Origin: Candidatus Poribacteria bacterium
GTDB lineage: Bacteria; Poribacteria; WGA-4E; WGA-3G
Direction of reading: 5' to 3'
DNA: 64,000 nucleotides
NCBI GenBank assembly: GCA_022819945.1
Contig: JAJEGI010000172.1
Location: 9,427 to 73,426, forward strand
Positions 25,112 through 33,689 of the stretch are shown here, piece after piece. Within the stretch, counting starts at the first letter, position 1, and each line of letters begins with the position of its first letter. The notes beneath the pieces were generated by a model. The model saw only the letters and a program-made list of their open reading frames with translations, did no database searches and was not told where the DNA came from. The position numbers were made by a program, and so were the translations under genes.

Positions 25112-27349
25112 ATGTCAAGACTTATCATTGCGCTACTCTTATTCACTATTTCATATCCGCTCCTCCTCTTTGCCCATCCAGAAGGCACAGGTGAACATGT
25201 TATTCAGGCATACCGAATTGAAGGTGAACCGCCACAGATTGATGGCGTGTTAGATGATGTGGTATGGCAGCAGTCGGAACCGCGTAGTGGTTTTATTCAA
25301 CTTGAACCCGCCCGCGGTACCGGTGCGACCGATGACACGGAATTCCGTATTGCCTACGATGTGCACAATCTTTACGTCGCATTCCGATGTTATGATGCCG
25401 AACCGAATAAAATCGTGAATCGGATGACGCGGCGCGGCGATGTTTATGCTTCGGACGTTATCTCGTTCTTCATTGATCCGCATCACGATCACCGTACAGG
25501 CTATAAATTTGCAACGAACCCTGGTGGTGTCCAAAGTGATAACTATCGGTATGAGGATACGCAGCGCGACTCGAACTGGAAGGGAATTTGGTGGGTTGAA
25601 AGCAAGATTGATGAATTGGGCTGGAGTGCTGAGTTTAAAATCCCGTTTTCCAACTTCCGATTCACTGATAAACCGACACAGATTTGGGGTTTTGATGTGG
25701 AGCGGGTAAACCGTCGAAAGAGCGAGGTTACGGTGTGGAAGCAGTTGACACAAGCGGGTGTGGTTACACGGATGTCAGATTTAGGGCATATCGTTGGTAT
25801 TCAGGGTATTGAGACTGGAAAAAACTTTGAAATCACCCCTTACGCTTTAGGTGGTGCTGCGCGTACGACTGACGCGGATATTGCGCGTCAACTCGGTACA
25901 GGGTTGGATGTGCAATACAGTCTTACGAGTGCATTGAAGGCGAACCTCACTGTCAACCCTGATTTTGCACAGGTTGAGGCAGATCAGTTGGAGATTAATC
26001 TGACTCGGTTTCCGACGCGTTTTCCAGAAAAACGTCCATTTTTTGTTGAGGGAAACAGTTTTTTTGAAACGCCTTATGATTTAATGTTCAGCCGACGTAT
26101 CGGGAGCCGTGGGAACATTCTTTGGGGCGGCAAGCTCACAGGGAAGGTAGGGAACTATTCCCTTGGTGTCTTGGGCAACCAGACGGGTGAGTTTACTTTT
26201 TCTCAGGCTGCTTCATCCGAAAAAGAGGCGGCGTGGTTTTCTGCTATCCGCGTTAAACGCGATATCCTCAAACGCTCAAATGTTGGGATTCTGCTTGTGA
26301 ACAAGGAGCAACCCGGCAGTGATAGTTGGGAGCACAGCAGAGTCGGCGGCATTGATATGAATCTTGCACTCGGCAAAACTTATCATCTTACGGGGCAATA
26401 TGCTGGGAGTTTCCATCCGGGAGAGGACAGAGACAACGCTGCCTATACTGTTAACTTCGCACAGCGGAATTACCTCTGGAGCAGCAATATCGGATTTGAA
26501 CGCGTCGCGCCGCACTTTGAGATTAACCAGACAGGATTTTTACGGAAAGAACGGGACCGGGGTTGGCAGCGCGTCTATATGCGCGGCTCTTATTCCCCAC
26601 ATTGGGGTAATCATCAATTTTTCTCTGGTATCACCGCCCGCCTTTCGCAAAGCCTTTATACACCGAGATACTTTTCCGAGTGGCAAGAACGCAACCCAAA
26701 GTTGTCTCTCTCGTCTGAATTCGACGAGGACCTCCTCAGATGGAGCATTGGTGGGGATGTTGGGATGGATTTCCGAGAAATTCTCTTAGATGATATTAAT
26801 GCCTACTATACTCGAAGTCGGGAAGTTGAACTCACTGAAGTATTTACAGCAGACAGATACGGGTTTGAGTTTGATACCAACGCTACATATCCGATTGCTA
26901 TCGGTATCGCTATGGATTTCGCAGATTATTTTAATTTTCGGCGACAACAAGCGGGTAAACAACGGAGCATCACGCTCCAATCTACTTTACGTCCACAGAG
27001 CAACTTTTCCGTAGAATTAGATAGTAGTTACGCGCAGAGTCTTGATTTGGAAGGTGCGATTGATGGCAGATTCTTCGTCAGTTCACTGCGTGCGACCTAT
27101 TTATTCACGCGCGAATCGTTTCTGCGGATGTTCGCGCAAGCGGGTACGGAACGTCCGCTATCAGCTGAAATTCATCAGCACTATCTGCTAAGCATTCTGT
27201 TCGGCTGGGAATATAGTCCGAAGAGTCATCTTTTTGCTGCTTATAACGAAACTTGGGCGGATATACCCGTTGGAATAGGGTTGAATCGTGAGTTAGCGTT
27301 GGAAAATCGGGTTGTTGTGGTTAAAGTAACGTATCTCTATAATCTATAG
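25112..27349 (+). CDS. CBM9/DOMON-like plus DUF5916-like large outer-membrane/beta-barrel protein
   Basis: Signal peptide MSRLIIALLLFTISYPLLLFA. IDGVLDDVVWQ...FRIAYDVHNLYVAFRCYD (CBM9-like) is followed by about 550 aa of beta-rich sequence. Confidence 0.7.
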   Translation: MSRLIIALLLFTISYPLLLFAHPEGTGEHVIQAYRIEGEPPQIDGVLDDVVWQQSEPRSGFIQLEPARGTGATDDTEFRIAYDVHNLYVAFRCYDAEPNKIVNRMTRRGDVYASDVISFFIDPHHDHRTGYKFATNPGGVQSDNYRYEDTQRDSNWKGIWWVESKIDELGWSAEFKIPFSNFRFTDKPTQIWGFDVERVNRRKSEVTVWKQLTQAGVVTRMSDLGHIVGIQGIETGKNFEITPYALGGAARTTDADIARQLGTGLDVQYSLTSALKANLTVNPDFAQVEADQLEINLTRFPTRFPEKRPFFVEGNSFFETPYDLMFSRRIGSRGNILWGGKLTGKVGNYSLGVLGNQTGEFTFSQAASSEKEAAWFSAIRVKRDILKRSNVGILLVNKEQPGSDSWEHSRVGGIDMNLALGKTYHLTGQYAGSFHPGEDRDNAAYTVNFAQRNYLWSSNIGFERVAPHFEINQTGFLRKERDRGWQRVYMRGSYSPHWGNHQFFSGITARLSQSLYTPRYFSEWQERNPKLSLSSEFDEDLLRWSIGGDVGMDFREILLDDINAYYTRSREVELTEVFTADRYGFEFDTNATYPIAIGIAMDFADYFNFRRQQAGKQRSITLQSTLRPQSNFSVELDSSYAQSLDLEGAIDGRFFVSSLRATYLFTRESFLRMFAQAGTERPLSAEIHQHYLLSILFGWEYSPKSHLFAAYNETWADIPVGIGLNRELALENRVVVVKVTYLYNL

Positions 27350-27390
27350 CATATTCGTTTTCCGCGCTCAGCAGTTAGTGGGAGTTATGT

Positions 27391-27426
27391 CCGATCTTCA
27401 TCCATGGCGGCATGATCGGGGTTTTT
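27391..27426 (+). terminator. weak candidate terminator after the CBM9/DUF5916 gene
   Basis: CCGATC...GATCGG stem (6 bp, 17-nt loop) followed by GGTTTTT. Confidence 0.3.
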
Positions 27427-27431
27427 AGATG

Positions 27432-29549
27432 TCAACGTGTTAACTTCGCCGCTTCAAACCGCCTCACATCCCACACTAAAATCGTCCCGTCCAAACTCCC
27501 ACTTGTAAGCATGCTGCTATCCGGTGAGAAACTGACCTTACTGACAGCCCCTGTATGTCCTGTGAATGTCTGTATCTGTTTACCTGTTTCTACGTCCCAT
27601 AAACGCACAGTTTCGTCCGAACCCCCGCTTGCGATCGTTTTCCCATCCGGTGAGAAAATAACACTCCTGACACCCCTTTTATGTCCTGTGAGTGTCTGTA
27701 TCTGTTTACCTGTTTCTGCGTCCCATAAACGCACAGTGCTGTCCGAACTCCCACTTGCGATCGTTTGACCATCGGGTGAAAAACGCACACTATTGACAGA
27801 ACCTGTATGTCCTTTGAATGTTTGGATGTTTCTACCTGTTTCTACGTCCCATAAACGCACGGTGCCATCCGAACTCCCGCTCGCGATCGTTTGACCATCG
27901 GACGAGAAACTGACAATATGGACATGATTTGTATGTCCTTTGAGTGCTTTGACATGTCTGCCCGTTTTTACATCCCATAAGCACACGGTGCCGTCCGAAC
28001 TCCCGCTCGCGATTGTCTTTCCATCGGGTGAGAAACGCACACTATTGACATCATCTGTATGTCCTTTGAATGTTTTAATGTTTCTACCTGTTTCCGCGTC
28101 CCATAAATGAATAGTTTTGTCGCTGCCGCCACTTACGATTGTTTTGGCATCGGGTGAGAAACGCACGCTATTGACATCATCTGTATGTCCTTTGAATGTT
28201 TTAATGTTTCTACCTGTTTCCGCGTCCCATAAACGCATAATTCCGTCCGAACTCCCCCTTGCGATCGTTTGACCATCGAACGAGAAACTCACACTTGCGT
28301 TTCCATCGCGTGACAAACTGCTATTAACATAACTTGTATGTCCTATGAGTGTCTTAATGTTTCTACCGGTGTTTACGTCCCATAAACGAACCGTGCCGCT
28401 CCAACCTACACTTGCGATTGTTTTTCCATCAGGTGAGAAACGCACACGCTTGACACCACCTGCATGTCCCGTGAGTGTCCTGAGAATGGTACCGCTATCT
28501 ACGTCCCACAAAGGCACAGGGCCATCATCACTTCCCGTTGCGATTGTTTTTCCATCAGGCGAGAAACACACACTATTGACAGCTCGTGTATGCGCTGTGA
28601 GTGTTCTTAAAAGTTTACCGGTGTTGACATCCGATAAACGAACCGTGGTGTCCAAACTTGCACTTGCGATTGTTTTTCCATCAGGCGAGAAACACACACT
28701 CGTAACCCAAAATGTATGTCCTTTGAGTGTTTTGATGCTTCTGCCCGTGTCAGCGTTCCACAGTCGAACAGTGCCGTCATCACTGCCTGTTGCGATTGTT
28801 TTTCCGTCAGGTGAGAAACACACACTATTGACCCCATGTCTACGTCCTTTGAATATTTTAAGAGTGCTGCCGGTGTTGGCATCCCATAAACGAACGTTTT
28901 TGGTTACGCCTCCACTGACGATTGTTTTTCCGTCAGGTGAAAAACGCAAACTTTTGACCGGCATTAGAGGGACTTTGAGTGGGGCATTTCCACTGGGTGT
29001 TTTGATGATTCTACTGAGTGTTTTGATGCCTCTACCGGTGTTTACATCCCATAAATCGATGGTTTTGCCCCACCCGCCGCTTGCAAGTGTATTTCCATCG
29101 GGTGAGAAATGTACACTACTGATACCTCTTGTATCTTCCGCGATTAGTTTCAGAGGGTTGAGGGTGCGCGCATCGTAAATCCAGATACCAATGGAACCAG
29201 CAACAGCAAACCTCTGTCCATCTGGAGCATAAGTAACATCACTGGCCTTGCCCTTACCGATCCGTCTGATCGCACCTTCCGGTAAGTTCCATTGCTGCAC
29301 ATCCTCTGGTTCGTATTTTTTACCTTGCTCTTGTTCGGTTTCGCTTTGAGGATTAGAAAGCAACTTGTCTATTTGCGCTTCAGTCCAGGTCGCGTTTTTC
29401 AAGGCTTGACGGATTTCTTCATCCGAGTATCCTTTTTGCCGTGCGTCCTCGATTTCGGATTGAATATCATTTTGTGCCGACACACCGCCTAAAAGCGCGG
29501 AAAATGTTAATAAAAACAATAGAAAAATAAATGCATACTGCCTCAGCAT
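27432..29549 (-). CDS. secreted 14-blade WD40 repeat protein (two 7-bladed propellers)
   Basis: ATG at 29549 follows AAGGGGGTG. Signal peptide ending GGVSAQ. 14 units of GH...V.SV.FSPDGKTIASGS.D.TVRLWD with a 42-aa (126-bp) period. Confidence 0.9.
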   Translation of the reverse strand: MLRQYAFIFLLFLLTFSALLGGVSAQNDIQSEIEDARQKGYSDEEIRQALKNATWTEAQIDKLLSNPQSETEQEQGKKYEPEDVQQWNLPEGAIRRIGKGKASDVTYAPDGQRFAVAGSIGIWIYDARTLNPLKLIAEDTRGISSVHFSPDGNTLASGGWGKTIDLWDVNTGRGIKTLSRIIKTPSGNAPLKVPLMPVKSLRFSPDGKTIVSGGVTKNVRLWDANTGSTLKIFKGRRHGVNSVCFSPDGKTIATGSDDGTVRLWNADTGRSIKTLKGHTFWVTSVCFSPDGKTIASASLDTTVRLSDVNTGKLLRTLTAHTRAVNSVCFSPDGKTIATGSDDGPVPLWDVDSGTILRTLTGHAGGVKRVRFSPDGKTIASVGWSGTVRLWDVNTGRNIKTLIGHTSYVNSSLSRDGNASVSFSFDGQTIARGSSDGIMRLWDAETGRNIKTFKGHTDDVNSVRFSPDAKTIVSGGSDKTIHLWDAETGRNIKTFKGHTDDVNSVRFSPDGKTIASGSSDGTVCLWDVKTGRHVKALKGHTNHVHIVSFSSDGQTIASGSSDGTVRLWDVETGRNIQTFKGHTGSVNSVRFSPDGQTIASGSSDSTVRLWDAETGKQIQTLTGHKRGVRSVIFSPDGKTIASGGSDETVRLWDVETGKQIQTFTGHTGAVSKVSFSPDSSMLTSGSLDGTILVWDVRRFEAAKLTR
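27450..29250 (-). repeat. 126-bp periodic coding repeat array (14 WD40 units) with near-identical tracts
   Basis: For example, 28025-28107 and 28151-28233 are 83 nt with a single mismatch, offset by exactly 126 bp. Confidence 0.9.
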
Positions 29550-29642
29550 ACGACACACCCCCTTTAAAATCATCCTGTGTTAAGTATACCATTAACAACT
29601 GAACATTTCAATATTCTAATCACATAGATAGAAACTAAAAAA

Positions 29643-29672
29643 TTGTAAAAAAGCATAGAAGTGTGATATAAT
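29643..29672 (+). promoter_or_regulatory. extended -10 promoter positioned for a leaderless transcript of the small EamA-like gene
   Basis: TTGTAA, 18-nt spacer, TGaTATAAT. The A of ATG 29679 falls exactly 7 nt after the -10, with no SD. Confidence 0.55.
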
Positions 29673-29678
29673 AAAATC

Positions 29679-30047
29679 ATGAAAGACTTTATATTGTTGT
29701 TCTTTAACGTTCTACTTACCGTGATGGGTCAAATCCTGTTCAAACACGGGATGAACGTGGTGGGCCGTGTCAATAGCGTCCGAGACGCACTGGGAAAGTT
29801 GGCGCAGGCATTTTTGAATCCCTATATCCTTAGCGGGATTGCGATATACGGCTTTACTACGCTCATCTGGCTGATTATCCTATCGCGTGTTAAATTGAGC
29901 ATTGCGTATCCGATGCTGAGTTTTGGATATGTGTTGTCAATTCTATTTTCTTGGCTGTTGTTCAAGGAATCTATCCCTAAAGTTCGCATAATTGGTGCTC
30001 TGATTATCTGTATCGGAGTCTACCTCGTTGCCCAAGGAGAGTCTTAA
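29679..30047 (+). CDS. small 4-TM EamA/SMR-like transporter subunit (ArnE/ArnF-like)
   Basis: 122 aa with four hydrophobic helices and an N-terminal GQILFKHGM motif like the small EamA-type flippase subunits. Confidence 0.65.
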   Translation: MKDFILLFFNVLLTVMGQILFKHGMNVVGRVNSVRDALGKLAQAFLNPYILSGIAIYGFTTLIWLIILSRVKLSIAYPMLSFGYVLSILFSWLLFKESIPKVRIIGALIICIGVYLVAQGES

Positions 30048-30052
30048 TCAAA

Positions 30053-30511
30053 ATGGAAGGACCGGCGACTGCTTATACTGGATCTAGCAATTCTGGGCAC
30101 ACCTCAGGTGAGCCTGCTCCTGCTCGCTCTTACGTTGCGATGTTATTATCCGCAATTCTGCCGGGACTCGGTCAACTCTACTTGGGACGATTCCTGGCGG
30201 GGTTTATTCTTTTCTTGATATTTGCCTCAGCACTCGGCATTTTCTATCTCAATTCAATGCCAGTAAAGGAGTGGCGTGATTTAACCCAATTTAAACCTGC
30301 CGCGAAAGACGAGACCAGAACAAACGATACAGAAAACTCTCAAAAGCAACCATCATACGCTATTCACATCTGGACGTTTGACGATGGGGAACAGTTGATG
30401 TACCGTCCTTCTTGGAAGTTGAAAATTAGTGCATCAGCGCAAGGGATTTTATGTTGGCTCTATGCAGTTGGCGATGGTTGGCGAGGTAGGCGTAGAAGGG
30501 GCAGACGCTAA
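30053..30511 (+). CDS. hypothetical membrane protein with an Arg-rich C-terminus
   Basis: It begins 6 nt after the previous gene. Two TM helices, including an LPGLGQLYLGRF motif. Confidence 0.45.
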   Translation: MEGPATAYTGSSNSGHTSGEPAPARSYVAMLLSAILPGLGQLYLGRFLAGFILFLIFASALGIFYLNSMPVKEWRDLTQFKPAAKDETRTNDTENSQKQPSYAIHIWTFDDGEQLMYRPSWKLKISASAQGILCWLYAVGDGWRGRRRRGRR

Positions 30512-30525
30512 TCGCAAATTCGGGT

Positions 30526-30553
30526 TTGATAAACTACGCAAAAAGTGTATAAG
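30526..30553 (+). promoter_or_regulatory. possible promoter of the TPR/TolB-like lipoprotein operon
   Basis: TTGATA, 16-nt spacer, TATAAG. Confidence 0.35.
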
Positions 30554-30581
30554 GTTGTCCGCTGCCCGAAACTGATGTGAT

Positions 30582-31946
30582 ATGTTTATGAAAACCAAAC
30601 ATAATATCAGACGCAATTGTATTTTAATAATCCTCTGCAGCAGTCTTCTCGTTGTTTTAGTGCTTGGGTGCCAAGATAACAAAGCAGTCTTGGAAGAGAG
30701 TGAAAAACATTTAGATGCCGGAACACCAGAAGCGGCGATTGCCGGATTAGAGGCTTTTATCGAAACGACACCAGAGGATCCCAAGGCACGGCTATTATTA
30801 GGAAAAGCCTACAATGAATTGGGACGGTACAATGAGGCAGTCGAGCAGTTACGAAAGGCTTCACAACTGTATGCTGCGCAGCCCGAAGCGCGCACCGTGG
30901 CACGGCTTGAATTGGCACGCACCTATCTCAGGTTCGGTGATAGAACTTCCGCCTTTCGTGTTCTTAGGCTCGTTCAGCGGAGCACCTCAGACCCCAAAGT
31001 CCTACGCGAAATCATTGGACTCGTAGGCGATAGTTATCGGACAAAACAGCTCACCTCCGGGGACTCAGATAACTATTCACCTACATTCTCACCCGATGGT
31101 ACACAGATCGCTTTTTCATCTTTCCGAACCGACAACGGTGAACTCTATTTAATGGATATGAACGGACGGATCCGACGTCGCGTAACCTTCACGACAGATT
31201 TTAACGATAGTTCACCGACATTCCTGACGACCCCGAACTATCTTTTTTATAGCAGTGAACCGAAGTCCACCCGTGACGTTAAAGTCGTCATCCAGAGTAG
31301 TGGCTCCACACCGATCTATGCGGGATTTAATCTGACGCATATCCACAGTAAAACGACGCGAGCGGTTTTGCCGGTAAGTTTCGGTGCGCGTGTGCCACGT
31401 ACGTCGCCTGCAGGTGATCAGGTTGTTTACGAATCCAATGTGGACGGAAATTTGGAATTATATCTTCTTGATTTATCGGAAGTTGATCTCGCCGAATTCA
31501 CACCAGATGACGTTGAGCCGAAACGGATCACTTTCAACGAGATAGATGACGGCAGCCCGACATTCTTTCCAGATGGAAAACGCCTAATGTTTGTCTCATC
31601 ACGGAATGAGGTGAATCAGCTCTATACGATAGATATTGACGGACAAAACGAGGTGCATTTCAACCCAAACCGCTATGATTGCTATAACCCGGCTGTATCA
31701 CCTGACGGAAAAACAATTGCGTATGTCTCCGCGAGAGGCGGCGACTGGGAGATTTACCTCATTGATGCAGACGGCAAAAATGAACGCCGCATAACGAATG
31801 ACATTGGTAGATCTATCCAACCTGCTTTTTCACCTGATGGACGGCATCTCGTGTTTGTTTCCGACAGAAGCGATACTTTCCATATCTATCTGATGTCTTT
31901 TGATGAACCTGTTACGAGTGAGGATTTAGCCAAACGTTTACAGTAG
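30582..31946 (+). CDS. lipoprotein with N-terminal TPR region and TolB-like (PD40) beta-propeller
   Basis: Lipobox VLVLGC, TPR helices, then repeated (F/V)SPDG..(I/L)(A/V)(F/Y)(S/V)S units (YSPTFSPDGTQIAFSS, PAVSPDGKTIAYVS, PAFSPDGRHLVFVSDR). Confidence 0.8.
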   Translation: MFMKTKHNIRRNCILIILCSSLLVVLVLGCQDNKAVLEESEKHLDAGTPEAAIAGLEAFIETTPEDPKARLLLGKAYNELGRYNEAVEQLRKASQLYAAQPEARTVARLELARTYLRFGDRTSAFRVLRLVQRSTSDPKVLREIIGLVGDSYRTKQLTSGDSDNYSPTFSPDGTQIAFSSFRTDNGELYLMDMNGRIRRRVTFTTDFNDSSPTFLTTPNYLFYSSEPKSTRDVKVVIQSSGSTPIYAGFNLTHIHSKTTRAVLPVSFGARVPRTSPAGDQVVYESNVDGNLELYLLDLSEVDLAEFTPDDVEPKRITFNEIDDGSPTFFPDGKRLMFVSSRNEVNQLYTIDIDGQNEVHFNPNRYDCYNPAVSPDGKTIAYVSARGGDWEIYLIDADGKNERRITNDIGRSIQPAFSPDGRHLVFVSDRSDTFHIYLMSFDEPVTSEDLAKRLQ

Positions 31947-31987
31947 GGACGAGGTCACCTCGCCTCTACGCTTGGAGGAAAAGGGAC

Positions 31988-32947
31988 ATGCTTCAGGTAA
32001 CCAAACCAGAAGGTTTCGGTAACATTCAATTAGAAGAGGTGCCGATACCGGAGATAAATGCGCGACAGATTCGGGTAGAGACAGATACGACGTTAATTAG
32101 CCGCGGTTCTGAATTATTTCGACGGTACATCATGGAAGCGGCAGTCCCCCCCTCAATCATGGGGTACTCACTTACAGGCGTTGTAGATGCCGTTGGCACT
32201 GAAGTAGCGGACTATCAGGTTGGCGAACGCGTTATGGTCGTAGCACCGCACGCGCAGTATGTCGTTGCTGAACCTAATGTAACTGATGGACGCATCGTGT
32301 CGCTTGACGATGTTGGTTTTGAGGAGGGGACTTTTCTTCCGCTTGCAACGAGTGCTGTCGCTTGGTCGGACTCGTCGGGTGTGAAAGCAGGGGATACTGT
32401 CGTTGTCTTAGGGCAAGGTTTGGTGGGTAGCCTGATGATGCAAGTGTTACGTGGCTATGACCCGGCGCGGATTATTACGGTGGATGCGTTGCCGCTTCGA
32501 TGCGAATTATCGATGCAACTCGGTGCCGACGTGGCAGTAAATGCTGATGAGATGGATCCGGTTGAAGAGGTCCGTCGCCTTACTGATGGTAAAGGGGCGG
32601 ATCTGGTTATAGACTGCGTCGGTGGGTATGCCGGTGTCAAATCTTTTGAGCAGGCACAAGATATGACGCGCCAATATGGTATTATTCAACTGATCGCGCT
32701 CTATCAGCAGGGACCGCTCCCCTTACATTCCTCAAAGATGATGAGCAAACGTCTCGTCGCTGGGATCCTGACAGATGAACCGCGTTCTCAGATTGCTGTA
32801 CGCGCTTTGGAAAAGATACGGAATAAGGAGATACGAGCGTCTGAAATGGTTACGCATCGTTTTCGCTACACCGAGGCGAAAGCTGCGTTTGACCTACTCT
32901 GGAATTCGCCTGGTGATACGCTTGGAGTCCTGATTAAATGGCAGTAG
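31988..32947 (+). CDS. medium-chain dehydrogenase/reductase family oxidoreductase
   Basis: GroES-like N-terminus and Rossmann VVVLGQGLVGSLM. Confidence 0.8.
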   Translation: MLQVTKPEGFGNIQLEEVPIPEINARQIRVETDTTLISRGSELFRRYIMEAAVPPSIMGYSLTGVVDAVGTEVADYQVGERVMVVAPHAQYVVAEPNVTDGRIVSLDDVGFEEGTFLPLATSAVAWSDSSGVKAGDTVVVLGQGLVGSLMMQVLRGYDPARIITVDALPLRCELSMQLGADVAVNADEMDPVEEVRRLTDGKGADLVIDCVGGYAGVKSFEQAQDMTRQYGIIQLIALYQQGPLPLHSSKMMSKRLVAGILTDEPRSQIAVRALEKIRNKEIRASEMVTHRFRYTEAKAAFDLLWNSPGDTLGVLIKWQ

Positions 32948-33513
32948 ATGTTCCGGCACGAGAAACTGCGTTTCCGGCAGAATTACGCGGGATTTCCCTC
33001 ACTTTCTCCGCAACGTGGGGTCTCTTTTCACCCAAAGGAATCGATGCAGGAACACATCTATTGATTGAACATATCGACATCCAAGAAGGCGATACCTGCC
33101 TTGACCTTGGATGCGGATATGGTGCTATTGGTGTCACGCTTGCGAAATGCGTCCAAACATCAACTGTCTATATGGTGGACAAGGACTTTGTAGCAGTTGA
33201 ATACGCGCGCAAAAACGTGGCACAGAACCGACTTCAGAATTGTCATGTCCACCTGAGTAACGGATTTAGCCATCTCCCGAATATCCAATTTGATCTCATC
33301 GTCTCTAACCTACCTGCTAATGTTGGCAAAGAGCTTCTACAGATTTTCCTGTCGGATGCGAAACATTACCTCAAGCCGAACGGACGCCTCTATGTCGTCA
33401 CCATTTCGGGTCTCCGAGAATTTATCAAGCGTAATTTTAGGACTATCTTCGGGAATTATCGGAAGGTGAAACAGCGTAACACGCATACGGTTGCGATGGC
33501 AACGCGAGCGTAG
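32938..33513 (+). CDS. class I SAM-dependent methyltransferase (RsmC/RlmG-like small-domain type)
   Basis: Motif I LDLGCGYGAIG and motif IV-like LIVSNLPA. Overlaps the upstream gene by 10 nt. Confidence 0.75.
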   Translation: MAVDVPARETAFPAELRGISLTFSATWGLFSPKGIDAGTHLLIEHIDIQEGDTCLDLGCGYGAIGVTLAKCVQTSTVYMVDKDFVAVEYARKNVAQNRLQNCHVHLSNGFSHLPNIQFDLIVSNLPANVGKELLQIFLSDAKHYLKPNGRLYVVTISGLREFIKRNFRTIFGNYRKVKQRNTHTVAMATRA

Positions 33514-33584
33514 ATTTTTTTGCTTGTTTGAGAAATGGCACGTTTACAACGCACATTACGACTGTCAATACTCCTACAAAAGAC

Positions 33585-33613
33585 TTGACATAGGCAGCGC
33601 CGTCAGGTATAAT
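33585..33613 (+). promoter_or_regulatory. perfect-consensus sigma-70 promoter of the transglutaminase/BatA/Omp85 gene string
   Basis: TTGACA, 17-nt spacer, TATAAT. 5' UTR of about 70 nt ending in AAAGGAGAAAC before ATG 33690. Confidence 0.6.
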
Positions 33614-33689
33614 TATAGTACGACAAACACAACAAACAATCAAAATTTCTTCCCCAATTAAACAGTATCCCAAAGGAGAAACATAACAC

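Noticed and set aside
27412-29178. Plus-strand ORFs (118 aa and 277 aa) with their own internal repeats (..VFPSGEK.TLLT..) opposite the 14-blade WD40 gene.
   Set aside because: They are the antisense reading of the 126-bp WD40 repeat. The periodicity is inherited from the sense strand.
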